Source: Trypethelium eluteriae (lineage: Eukaryota). Taken from it: DNA of 50,563 bases. The stretch spans positions 1 through 50,563 of the forward strand of contig JAVECL010000117.1 of NCBI GenBank assembly GCA_051942245.1. The letters are read 5' to 3'. Positions 1 through 12,134 of the stretch are shown here, in pieces; the stretch's first letter is position 1, and every line of letters starts with the position of its first letter. The translations under genes were made by a program, and so were the position numbers. Below the pieces are notes generated by a model. It was not told where the DNA came from. It searched no databases and saw only the letters and a program-made list of their open reading frames with translations.

Positions 1-254
1 GGTAGTGGTGGGTTCGGTCTCGGTTTCGGTGGAGGAAGAGTCGGAGGAGTCGTGGGCGTCGTCTTCCCAGGAGTCGGCGACGGCAGGGGCCAGTTTCTTT
101 TTGGAGGGCGGGGAGGATTTGGAGGAGATTTGAAGGGAGAGTTTTTTCAGTGGTTGAGTGAGAGTTTCAGCGTCTGTTTCATTGTGTCAGCTGGGTGATT
201 CGGCATTGTATATATTTCTATGATAGATCCTATACCTTTACCAGTTTGAGCCAT
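1..254 (-). CDS. 5' part of a hypothetical protein that runs off the window; exons 254-242 and 173-<1
   Basis: ATG at 254, GTAAAG donor at 241, CTGAC branch, CAG acceptor at 176-174. The spliced frame reads MAQTDAETLTQPLKKLSLQISSKSSPPSKKKLAPAVADSWEDDAHDSS... and stays open to the window edge. Confidence 0.7.
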
Positions 255-360
255 GGTAGTAATGTTTTATACGGGGTAAACAATGAATTATCAGTACTAT
301 CAAAATTAAAATGATTGTAATTACTCAGTACGGCTGATTCTGCAGCATCTGGGCCAGACT

Positions 361-760
361 GATCCCTATGATGCTGGTAGAACGCACAGTCGGTCAGGCG
401 GTGATTCTGGAAGCCAGCTGAAACTCAGGAGCGAGGATAGGATATGGGCTGACAGGGGTGTGCTTATGACGGCACAGCGACTGTGGGGTTGACGCCGTGG
501 CACCCACTGCCCCGTGGGATGAGTGGGTCGAAGGAGTCGAAGGAACCGAACTAGAAGCGGCAGGTCCGCTGAACACGCCGACTCTGAAGACTCCTCCTGG
601 TGCTCCGCACTTGCCCTTATTAAGCATCAACCTTGGATCCGTCGTCATGGCCTTTCATTTGGTCTTCGGATCAATTCTTTGGGTTCTGGTGGTGTTATCG
701 CGTAAGGTTACCGTATCGGAGTCTCGAAATCTTGCGCATCTTTACGACGAGTTCTGAAAG
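361..760 (+). ncRNA. Candidate structured non-coding RNA with C/D-box-like motifs; family not recognised
   Basis: Many nested helices (461-466/621-626, 473-477/481-485, 502-508/522-528, 532-538/589-595, 556-560/566-570, 640-645/744-749, 700-706/731-737). C(UUCG)G hairpin at 659-674. ATGATG at 368; CTGA at 418 and 754. The overlapping ORFs are not protein-like. Confidence 0.45.
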
Positions 761-832
761 ATAGAATCTCGTTTCCATTTGTATTGGGATGAGAACATTT
801 GACCACTTTTCTTTGCAATAAATGTGTCAGAA

Positions 833-3133
833 ATGCCCAGCCTTCGATTGCCCATTCGGTCGAGAACACTGAATGTGAGTTGCTGTAAAATTAAAAGTCT
901 TAATTTCCCAAGAACGTTTTCGTCGAGGGGCCCGTCCTACTCCTATGCAGAGACTGTGCAAAATCTCAAGATAGGGAATGATACGCGCGTTATCTTCCAA
1001 GGTTTTACGGGACGACAAGCAACCCAAAATGCACAACAATCTCTTGAATGGGGGACGAAGATAGTCGGTGGCGTCACACCTGGCAGAGATGGAGAGCATC
1101 TCGGTCTGCCTGTGCTTCCAAACGTAAAGGTAGCCAAAGAGCAACTTAAGCCAGATGCCACTGGTATTTTCGTGGCAGCTCAATTTGCAGCTAAGGCAAT
1201 TGAGGAAGCCATTGAAGCTGAGATACCCCTGATTGCTGCTGTAGCAGAGCACATCCCATTACACGACATTCTTCGGGTTCGTGTGTTCTGAGGATTCCTA
1301 TGCCTTCACTGCTCAAGGTGATTTCTTACGTTCTCTAGATATCCTCAATGCTGGCGACACAATCAAAGTCTCGATTCGTCGGAGCCAATTCACCTGGTAT
1401 AATCTCTTCTATTGGCCGTTGTCGAATTGGGTTCCAACCGTTACCCACTTTCTCGCCCGGTCATGTCGGCATCGCAGCAAAATCTGGCACTCTTAGTTAT
1501 GAGGCCGTTGCATCTTTGACTCGAGCGGGCGTAGGTCAAAGCTTATGTATCGGTATCGGTGGCGATACTGTGTCTGGTACCAGCATCACGGACGCTCTCA
1601 AAGTGTTTGAATCTGATGACGATACCCATGGAATAGTGTTAATTGGTGAAATTGGAGGAGAGGCGGAGATCGAGGCAGCAAATTGGATAGCCGAGTACCA
1701 CCGCCGAACATCTACACCTAAGTAAGCTATTCTTGCAAGGAATCTTTTAACTTGCTGTATGCTGACAAATTTCTTCGGGCCTATTGCTGCGCTTATCGCA
1801 GGCTTTCAGGCTCCATCTTCAAGGGTTATGGGTCATGCAGGAGCTTGGCTGGCCCCAGGAGAACCTTCAGCGGAGGACAAGCGGAGACAACTTGAACAAG
1901 TTAGAGCAACAATCGTGGACCATCCAGCCAAATTCGGACAGACGATGAATACCCTACTCTCTGGCGGAAGACTGGGTGGCATTAACAGTGTGAGCTTGAA
2001 TGCAACTGAAGGAAATCGCGTTCATGAAGTCGCTAATCTATCGGTAGAGAACGTTTTCAGGCAGTCAGCAGCAGAGGGGTCTGCATACCCTTCGCAAGTC
2101 TTCAGATAGTGTGCGACAGAAGTCTCTCGGTAATCGTCGATCCGTACCAGGCCGATTCCAGTCCCGGAGCCTGATCATATCCTCAAATGCGGCTAAGAAA
2201 ATGATCCATGACAAGGGATATCATGCATCAAATTCCACTTCCTCGAACGAGAAGTCTGCAATGATTGCTGTTACGATCAGTCGAGCTCGTCGCTGTCCTT
2301 GCATCTATGCCTCACCAGGATCAGAATGGCGAGAGACACGTTCATTTCCAGTCAACTACGGCCAGGGCCCGGATAGACAGACACTGAAAGCCCTACTGGA
2401 ACACACAGGCTTCGAGATGGCAACCAGCGCCTTCCGCATCGAATTCAACACACTGATCAATGATCTCTTCCATATCTTCAAATCCTTGGAAGCGGTCTCC
2501 CTCGAGCTGGTTGTGACCCGATCTCCATCAAATGATGCCGATCACAGCGGTCTTCACGTAATACCTGAACGCTTTGTATTCGACGACGCTGCCATCAACT
2601 CTGCACAGCGTCAGACGCATCTCCTTGAAGCCCGAGACATGACAATTCCAGAATATCAGCCTGTCGAACTGGAAGCGTCCAAGCACGGCATCGTATATGT
2701 CAAATTGACACCTGAAGATCCGTCCGCCAACATCGGTACTCTTGTAAATGGCGCTGGCCTTGCAATGAATACTGTCGACGCGCTTGCGCACCGTGGGGGC
2801 CGGCCTGCAAACTTCCTCGACACGGGGGGAAAAGCCACGGCAGAGACGGTCAAGAAGTCCTTCGAGGCTGTACTTGCGGATGAACGAGTGAAAGTGATAT
2901 TTGTGAACATTTTTGGAGGACTGACATTGTGCAACATGATCGCAGATGGCGTGATGCTAGCGTTCAAAGAGCTAGGTGAGAGGATGCGAGTTCCAGTGGT
3001 TGTGAGGTTAAGAGGAACGAATGAAGAAATGGGACAGAAGATGATTGCGGAAAGTGGGTTAGATCTATATGCGTACGATGATTTTGAAGAAGCCGCGGCC
3101 AAGGTCATCGAGTTGGCGAAGGCGAATAATTGA
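833..3133 (+). CDS. Fused succinyl-CoA ligase-like alpha + partial beta polypeptide; exons ~833-1276, 1339-1721, 1779-1989, 2048-3133
   Basis: Alpha motifs VIFQGFTG, GTKIVGGVTPG, G(A)NSPGII, KSGTLSYE, LIGEIGG and phospho-His MGHAGA. Beta motifs GTLVNGAGLAMNT, PANFLDTGG, IFVNIFGG and PVVVRLRGTN. Intron 1990-2047 (GTGAGC..CTAAT..TAG, phase 0) joins the two halves in frame. The intron 2 acceptor is anomalous (see findings). Confidence 0.85.
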
Positions 3134-3407
3134 GGCTTGCGTATGTATGTACACAATGCTGGACGATAGATCAAATATTTACATTAATCTGTAGACTTCG
3201 ATGATTTGCTTACGCTCACAAGTCTAGCTTTCGAGTCCTGCGCTTCTTCGTAAGGTGCTGCCAACGCAGAATGTTTAGGGGATGCTTCGCAACCGTATTG
3301 GCGTGTCCCGAAGTGATTTTTAACACACCGATTCTTTCCTCTTACAGCACATTGTCTGCTTCTACGCGCTTGCTTCCAGTTTGAGAGGAGCTGTGCGCAA
3401 CGGAATT

Positions 3408-4781
3408 TCAACCGGACACTTTGAAGCTGGAAAGACGTCAGTACCAGTGCAAAACATGCCAGTGATTGGCAATCCTTCTTACCTCCATGGGTGATCCTCA
3501 TCTCCATACTGGATACCCTCAATCCAAGCCTTCATCCTTTTTGCGATTGGTCCAGCCTCCTCGCCCTCCTTCAATCCACAGTCCACCAAGCGGCTCTGCC
3601 AGGAGATATTCCTCACCGGACTCACCACCGCCGCAGTGCCTGAACCAAATATTTCTAACAGTCTTCCCTCGTCACTCCCCTCCGCCACCTCCTTCATAGT
3701 AAACTTCCGCTCCACCACATTCCACCCCTCTGGCACTAACCTTTCTTTCGCCAACTCCAAGACTGAATCCCGCGTCACACCCGGAAGAATCGTCCCATCC
3801 AACGGCGGCGTCAACAACTCCTTCTTCCCCGTCCCCTTATTCACCATCGCACAGAAGACATTCATCGTCCCCGCCTCCGTCACCTGCTCCTCCGTCTTCC
3901 CATTCTCGCCCTGCTCCGAAAACAGCCACAAGTTCTGATGGAACCCGCGCGTCGCGGCCTGCGTCTGCGGTACAATGCACGGTGAGTAGTTTGCGCCGAG
4001 CTTCTTATCTCCGACTCCACCCGGCCATGCACGCACCGCATATGACGTCGCCTCGAGCGAGATGGCCTTGAAGCCCGTCGGGTAGTACGGTCCCACCGGC
4101 GAGGCGATCACGTAGAGGAGGGCGGACCCAGGAGGGCCAACGCCAAGGGTGCGCTGGGTCCCGATCATGGTGGGACGGAGGTAGAGCGAGTAGCCACGGA
4201 CAGAGGGGATAAAGCGCTCTTCGAGGGCGACGAATTTAGCGATGAGCGCGGTTAGGCAGCTGCCGTCGACGGTGGGCAGGGCGATGCGCGACGCCGACTG
4301 GTTGAGGCGGGCCATGTTTTTGTCGGGACGGAAGAGGCGCACAGCTCCTGTGCTGTCTTTGTAGGCTTTGAGGCCTTCAAAGCATTCGAAGCCGTAGTGG
4401 AAGACGCAGGTGGCCGGGTCGAGACTGAGGTTTTGGTAGGGAGTGATTTTGGGTGGGAGCCATCCTTGGGAGGCAGTCCATTCGGCCGAGAGCATGTGGT
4501 CTGAGGCAAGGCGAGTCAGTGCTAATATAGCGAAGGGTGCAAGTAGGCTTGCCTGTGAAGCTTCGGCCAAAGACAAGCTCCTCTGGTGGCATGACCTCTT
4601 TTGGAGTTGTCGTGTTTGTGGTCGATAGTTTGGACGGATTGAGGTCTGCCAGCTTAGCCAAGGTTGCTACATCCTCAGGTATGCTATGCTTTAGCCTCTG
4701 CCACTGTGAATAGAGAGGTCGTCGAAGTGTATTAGTTCGAGTGGCCGCCCGAGGCAGGCTCGGCACAGGGAATTTCTGCAT
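3408..4781 (-). CDS. BAT1: Branched-chain amino acid aminotransferase, mitochondrial-type; exons 4781-4553, 4500-3483, 3426-3408
   Basis: Motifs [42 protein letters not shown] (PLP Lys), [26 protein letters not shown]. Arg-rich N-terminal presequence. Confidence 0.95.
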
Positions 4782-5319
4782 GATTAGAGAGAAGTTGCGA
4801 CAGAAACAGAGGGCCGACCCGGGAGGTACGAGATGGTCTGAAAAATGAGAAAAGCGATCAATTGAAGGAACGGAGGGGGATGCGATTCTTATGACCAAGC
4901 CATTTTTACCAATTGAACGAATGACAGCATAGGGCGTGGTGTGGGAGAATTGGTATGAGTCCGACAACGGTGATTACTCGACACTAACTTTTTTGCTGGA
5001 CGACGATCTTCGGAGCGCCTCCGAGCTGGCAGGCTGGCTGCATGTCAGGGCACGAGAACACTTACAGTGCCTTACTTCTGCTCGCTTCCGTGTCTACCTG
5101 GTAATTTAATTCTTCCAATCGAAGTCCTTGGAGACCCTGCACTGCTCACAGTCAATCGAGTGACTTATCTCTTCTCGTCTGAGCTCGCAGTCTGGAGGAA
5201 GTGGTTGGTACTCTTGCTTCGATCCGAGGATAAGTGTCGAACCAATGCTTCATTGAAGTATTCATGTTTTCAATAGGGGAGTATCTCCCGGCTGCCTGCG
5301 TGAAAATTCGAATGGAACC

Positions 5320-8232
5320 ATGTTCTCCTCCGCCCTGAAATCTTTCTCCTCGAATATCTCCTCCAACTACACTATCGCGCCACAGCCGACTTCGACGTCC
5401 GGTCCATGGAAGATTTTTGATGCGAAGAAGAAGTCCACAGGGAAGGCTGCCTCGGTCTTTATGTTTGACAAGAAATCTCTCGAGCCAAATTCGGCGAGCT
5501 TAGGTGGAAGAGGTAGCACTTCAGGATTAAGGAAAGTACATGAAGAGGTGCTTGACCGATTACGAAGGGAGGCAAGTTCACTGGCTCGATTACGGCATCC
5601 GAATATTCTCGAACTAGCAGAGCCTATTGAAGATACTCGCAATGGGGGGCTTATGTTTGCTACGGAGCCTGTGCAGGCTTCTCTACAAGAGCTATTACAC
5701 GATCAAGACAGGGGGTCGCGGTCGAAACAGGTTGAGTTGGACGAGCTGGAGATACAAAAAGGGCTTTTGCAGGTCTCGAAAGGACTGGAGTTCATTCATG
5801 ATAGTGCAGAACTTGTTCATGGCAATCTCACGCCAGAAGCCATTTTTGTCAATGCGAAATCGGACTGGAAGATCTCAGGTCTTGGCTTTGCTGGAGGCCC
5901 CAATACAGGGAATACAACAAAGGGCAACGCTCCCATCTCCCTTCATCAGGCTTTGCACTATGATCATCGGCTACCAAGGTCTGTACAACTGAATCTCGAT
6001 TACAGCTCACCAGACTTTGTCATGGATTCAAACGTCACTGCTTATGCGGACATGTTCTCTCTTGGCCTGTTGATTATCGCCTTGTATAACTCACCTCATC
6101 ATTCGCCGTTGGAGACAAACTCGAGCGTTTCGACCTACAAGAGACTTTTCTCGTCATCCGCCAGTGTCCCAAATGCCAACAACAATTTTCTCTCAGCCAA
6201 ACCACTCCCAAAGAGTCTTCTTGGAGACGCACTTCCAAAGCTCATTACGAGAAGGCCTGCTGGGCGCTTCAGCGCTCGAGAATTTCAGGAATCAAGATTC
6301 TTCGATAATATACTCGTCTCCACTATTCGCTTTCTGGATTCTCTCCCTGCCAAAACACCGAATGAAAAGGTCCAATTTCTCAGAGGCCTTCCCAAGATTT
6401 TACCACAATTTCCGGACTCAGTCATGGAGAGAAAACTTTTACCAGCGCTTCTTGATGAAATGAAGGATCGAGAACTCATAGCTCTAATACTGCAAAATAT
6501 GATTGCCATCACCAAGCGTCTCAAGTCTGGAAAGCAAGCCTTCTGTGATAAGGTTATCCCAGCTTTAGAGACTGTCTTCTTAACAGGGCCTAAGGGAACC
6601 GGTGAGCGTGATAGCGCCAAAGAAGCGGGACTGATGATATTGCTGGAAAATATGAAGACTGTTGCAGAAAATTGCTCTGGAAGAGAATTTAAAGCTGTGA
6701 TCTTACCAATCATATATCTCGCGCTGGATTCACCTACGCACGCCATTGTGGATTCTGGGCTCAAAACTCTTTCCATTGCATTATCTGTTCTGGACTTCTC
6801 TACGATCAAAAACGAGTTGTTTCCGGTCATTGCTCAGGTCTTTAGCAAGACAAATTCCTTGGGTATTAAGATCCGTGGGCTGGAGGCTTTCAAAGTCCTC
6901 TGTGGGGGCAAAGACGGAGAGGACGAGCAGTATCTTGGGGATGACCTGGATGGGATTGTCGTTGAGAAGAAGACTGGCCAATCGAGTGTTGTCCTCGATA
7001 AATACACTATTCAGGAAAAAGTGGTGCCATTGATGAAAGCGATTAAGACTAAGGAACCAGCAGTCATGGTAGGCCCCATTCTCACAGTTACTTCGTGGCT
7101 GCCTTACTATTTTCACACGGGAAACACCCTCCTAACCTCATCTTAGATGGCCGCACTCGATGTCTTCAAGCAAGTTGGTCGCATCGCAGACTCTGATTAC
7201 CTCGCTCTCGAGGTCCTACCTGTTCTCTGGACATTCAGCCTTGGTCCACTCTTGAATCTGGAACAGTTTTCAAAGTTCATGGCTTTGATAAAGTCACTCT
7301 CAGGCCGCATCGAAAGAGAGCACAGTCGGCGCATCCAGGAACTTACTGCCACTAACGGCACGACCAGTACGCGCGCCAAAGATTTTACATCCTTTGGTAC
7401 AGTACCTACTCCAAACGGCACCTCGACAGAGGACCTCGATGACGACTTCGAAGCCCTCGTTCTTGGCCGCAAAACCGCCAGCGACACTGCAAACAACATG
7501 TTAGATGGGGACTGGAACACCACAGCCCCCACAAGACCCAGCATTCCTGCATCAAAATCCTCTCAACAAACCCCTCAATCCTCCTCTTTCGCCTGGTCCC
7601 AACCCACATCGTCCGACTCCGCTCCACCATCCGCCATATCCGCGTGGGCTACTAGTCCCACTACAACGCGCGCCGTCACCCCTGACGCCAGCCTCAGCAC
7701 CTTTGCGTCCTTAACACCATCCTCCCCCTTCAATAACCCCCTTCAACCCTCTCGACCCAGCAACAACCTCGCCTCTCAAATCTCATCTCCCCCACTTCCC
7801 CAACAGCACGCCACCGGCTCCACCATCGACTGGTCTACTGCCAGCAAAGCCACCGTAAACCCATGGATCGCATCGCCTCCGGGAACGGCCGGCCTGAGCA
7901 ATGCGCCTATGAGCGGGCTCTCTCCTCAGACTGGTGGTGGGATTGCTGCGATGGTGTCAAATTCCAAATCTGGATTATCGATCGCGTCGCCGCCGCCGTC
8001 ACAGTCGTCTCAATTTGCGTCGTTCAGTATTGCGCCGCCTCCCGGCAGGCCTTCTATAGGCCAAACCCAAACTCAATCCCAAACCCAAAGCCAGACCCAG
8101 ATTAATAGTACCTTTGGGAATGGAGTGGGGTTGGGAAGAATGCAACAGCCGCAGCAACCGTTGCAAGGGGCTGGGGGTGGTAGCGGCGGCGGGCAAAAGC
8201 AGGGTTTGGATAAGTATGAGAGTTTGTTGTAA
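5320..8232 (+). CDS. SCY1: SCY1-like (SCYL2/Ppk32-type) pseudokinase with HEAT repeats and a low-complexity tail; intron 7069-7146
   Basis: Motifs LARLRHPNILEL, VHGNLTPEAIFVNAKSDWKISGLGF, TKEPAVM|MAAL, LWTFSLGPLLNLEQF; C-terminal GLDKYESLL. Confidence 0.9.
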
Positions 8233-8647
8233 GATAGAGTTAGAATTAGCCACGGCGTTACATGCGATGTTTTTGCCAGTCATGAGCCAGCGTGTTTGCT
8301 GGAATTTCATTCTATACAAGATTGAGATGCTGCATACTGCTGGACACATAGGTACTCCCTGAGGGGGATGCAAAGCCCCATTCATGGATGTACGAACGAC
8401 GATCAAAAGGAGTCAAAGGCATTCGGCGCACTTGTGGGTAGGCGGGACGTGCGCATTACGATGAGTAATTCGAGGAACCAGTATGCTGCATTCTAAATGA
8501 CTTGGATGATACCGTTCTCCGGCTGGTCCGTTCTGTCCAAATCAGAAAGAGCTTCTGAAGGGACACGCTTCACCGTGAGAATAGAATAGAAGGAGAATAT
8601 ATGAGCTGCGCCAAATACGATTACCTTGTCATTCTTGAGTATCGTCA

Positions 8648-10087
8648 TCATAATCTTCCCGTATATCTCTTTTCAGTTCTCTCTTGTGTGATCTTGAAAG
8701 CCTGTGGGAACCACTCTTTGCATGTGTCCTCCTCGCCCAATAACATGTCTGTCAGAGCCTCAGCGCACTTGAGACACAGTACCATACCATGCCCATTGCA
8801 GGCAAACTGTATCCACAAACCCTCTTCGTTCGGCATCGGTCCAATCAGCGGTAGTCCATCTGCGCTCGTACCCATAATACCAGTCCACTCCTTTTCCCAC
8901 CCTTTAACTGGATCATCTATTCCCCAATTCTCACCGAAATAGTCCCGTGTGCATCTTTGCAGGTACCCTGAGATCCAGGGATTTGTCTCCCCGTCATTGG
9001 ATTGACCAAACTCCTTTAGGTATGCGTTTGGATCGGCAGCGGCAAGTTTGCCCAGGCCACCACCGATGATGAGCTCACGGACGTGAGGATTCAGAATCAT
9101 GTACTCGTAGCCACCGGCATAGATGAAGGAGTACGTCCTGGAAAGCAGAGGTAGTGAGGAACCTAGACGTTGTCTGCTGACCTGGCCACGTAAAGGAACG
9201 ATGGATCCCTGAAGTGATGGATACAGGTGCGCTGTATAGCCATTCGTTGCCAAAATGACATCATGTGCAAGAACAGAGCCTCGTGTAGTCTCAATTCTCC
9301 ACCTTCTTTTGTTATCTGCGGGAAGTCTGAGCAAGCTAGTGGCAGGCGTGTTCGTCTGCAGATTCAACCCCTTTTGGAGAGCGAGCTTCAGAATGCCGTG
9401 AGTGAATCGGTATGCGTGTATGCTTCCTGCCTCGTACTCAAAAGCGCCCAGTGCTCCTGGGGCCAGAAATCTCTTCCTTGCTTCCTCCGCATCATAGATT
9501 GTGTACTGTGCGGCACCTTCTTCAGGATTTAGAGCTGCTTGCATCATCCCAATGGCCTTTTTCCCTTCCTCAAGCTCTGTAATATCGTAGATAATATCCA
9601 CCGTGTTGCAAGACTGCAAGGAACACTGAATCCCATGTTGGCCGGCCAGCTCCTGCGTAGCTTTGATATTTGAATATTCCAGTCGGGCAATCTTTACCGC
9701 TTCCTCAATGCCCAGATCCTCTGCATGCATGGGAAAGCTACGATAGCTGGCGGCTTTGGTGTGACCGCCTGGGAGATTCGCAATGCATCAGCAAAGGCAA
9801 TCTTGAGCGTTCTATGTATCTGCTCATGGCTAACCATTGCGTCCTGTAGCTCCGCTGCATGCTGTCCTAGCCTCGAGTATGAGGACTTGAGCACCGGGCC
9901 GGCGCGTGAGTATATTGTGCGCAATACATGAGCCACTAATGCCGCTACCGATGACAATGTAATCGGTCTCGAGAGGAAGGGTGTCGGTGCTACGCAGATT
10001 TGCGAAGTCTTCGTGGGGGCTTTGCCAGTAGGATGTAGTCGGATTTGCTATGGGAAGCCCTGGAGGTCTCCGAACGCGCTGGTCCAT
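8648..10087 (-). CDS. FAD-dependent oxidoreductase (DAO / gamma-glutamylputrescine oxidase-like family); intron 9834-9769
   Basis: Motifs VIGSGISG, LEARTACSGATGRNG|GHTK, VILATNGYT, WTGIMG, NGHGM. Confidence 0.88.
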
Positions 10088-10573
10088 GTTTTCATACAAA
10101 TTTACCGATGGTGCGATAGGGTCATTAGAGTATGGGAATTTTGTGCTTGTGGAGCATTGCCGGCAATGTTGGCGGTCTGGCTTGCGGCCCACATTAATCC
10201 TTCCGTACTCTAGAGGACTCGAATTCTCAACTTTTTCACGCCACCAGAACCGATGTTACATTCTTCTTATTCCGGCTGGGGAAGTCATGACAACTTCGTA
10301 GCAAAGGGCTTTTCTTGGCAGTGCCGTATTCCATGTAAGGTACGCAGATACATGATTTTCACAAAAACAAAATATACCGTCTTCTCTGCAACTTAGGCAC
10401 TGTTGTGCCTCATTGATTTCAGGAGCTATATGTCATGGTCGAGCAAATCACCAAATGGTAGAAATTCCTTACAAGACCAGCGCCCGCATTCGTGCGCCTT
10501 TCAATGCGGATGTACCCTCGAAAACAAGCATACACGCGAAAGGTGTCGATGGGTGCAGAAGATCGAGGACAGT

Positions 10574-11440
10574 CTAAGCTTCGTCCTTATTCTTCTTCGA
10601 CTTCTTACCACCGCCGCTAGACGCTTGTCCCTCTTTCTTCTGATGGACTACCAGACGAGTCCAGCTCTCCTCCTTGTCCCACTCAAATCCTGCCAAGACG
10701 GGGTTCTCTCCGAGCTCGTCATCGGCCTGAAAGGCAGTACGGTCAGCACATGGTCACGTCAATGAGGATGAATTTCCGACGACAAAAAAAATCAGGAGTC
10801 ATGAAGTACGCCGAGGTTAATGGTATAGCTACGGACCTTCTTCTTAAATTGTTTGTAGATTGCGTCCAGCGCATCCTTAATGGTCACTCCCTTCAGATTC
10901 CGTGCAGTAACTTCTAGGCCAAGTGGAAAGTGGAGATCGATTCTCTTGACTGGAGGTTCGCAGAGATGCTTCTTTAGAACATCTTTCTCGTCGAGTGTAG
11001 CAGGTGACGTATTCAATTTCCTATGCTTTAGTCAACACTTTGAAAAATACTATCCAGCTTCAAGTCGAAAGCGCAAGGACGAAGCATTGAATATCGGGTT
11101 TCAGAGGGAGTGAGATTCAATTGGACATTTCCAGATAAGAATGACCTACCAATTCAATCTCTGAGTCTCTGGAGCTATTGACAGTTCCTTGCCTTCCTTC
11201 TCTACCGAAACATTAGCACAATATCGCTACCAATGCACATCCGGTGAGGTTTGCGCCGGCCATCACGGAGATACGTAGAAGAGTCGTGCCTCACTCACCC
11301 AGGTCATTGATGTTGTAGACGCCCGATACTGTACTGCTAGTACGTCGATGACGGGCTTTGGCATCACTGGGAGATGCTGGTTCGGTTGAGTCGACTGCTG
11401 AGTCGACCTTGGAGAGAGGCTCAACGGTATCGGCGGACAT
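10574..11440 (-). CDS. Conserved-looking small fungal protein of unknown function (4 exons)
   Basis: Three canonical GT-AG introns join MSADTVEPLSKVDSAV..RHRRTSSTVSGVYNINDL|EKEGKELSIAPETQRLNW|KLNTSP..GVTIKDALDAIYKQFKKK|ADDELGENPVLAGFEWDKEESWTRLVVHQKKE..* in one frame. Confidence 0.8.
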
Positions 11441-12134
11441 GTTGCTGGAATGAAGACTTCTGGAGATAAGATTCCTAGGGAGGTATGGTGAGTGAAGTGA
11501 CTGTTGGAAAGCCAAGGAACACTCTTTCGACCAGAACAATAGAAAGATGGATTGGTAAGTGAAAGTAAGGGCGGTATAAGGGGGTCGTCTGAAGGAAGCA
11601 ACAGCAGTCACGAGCGTGCGGGGTCAGGCAAGGGGCCATCGGGGCCGTGTCTCATCATTGTCACCGTTTGGGTAGGAAGAGGGGACACTCAGCTGAGGTA
11701 GCTCCTGCTGCCATTTGAGGCGTATTATCATTTAATTAGAGCTTGTCCGGAGGATGCATCCAATGATTGAGCACGCGACCAAGCCGAATCCGGTAGTGTG
11801 GCATGGGCTCAGCCTCCCCATGGGGACCCCGCATTTCCTTTCCACCTACCGCGCCTGCCTAAACATATGAGCAGATCGACGAGCAGAACCACTACCAGAA
11901 CGCTGATCTCAAAGCACCGTGCAGACATGCATTCCATCAGAAGAGGCTGTGGATTTAACTAACACGCCAGTTGAAACAAGTCATTTTCTTCTTAACAGTA
12001 GTATTAGCCTTTACCATGGACGTATCATTTCCGGAACCACGCGGAGGTCGGCCATCACCGTTGTAGGAACTCTCCGTTGTAGGAGCTCCCCGTTAATGAC
12101 ACGACTCAACAGCAGAGGAAAACCAGTATTGGCC

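Noticed and set aside
394..757. Three overlapping short ORFs (394-648, 497-757, 523-705)
   Set aside because: No recognisable motifs and weak starts; the region is better explained by RNA structure.
875..912. GTGAGT...AAG putative intron near the SCS start
   Set aside because: Only 38 nt, and removal shifts the frame with no suitable upstream ATG; the unspliced frame is open.
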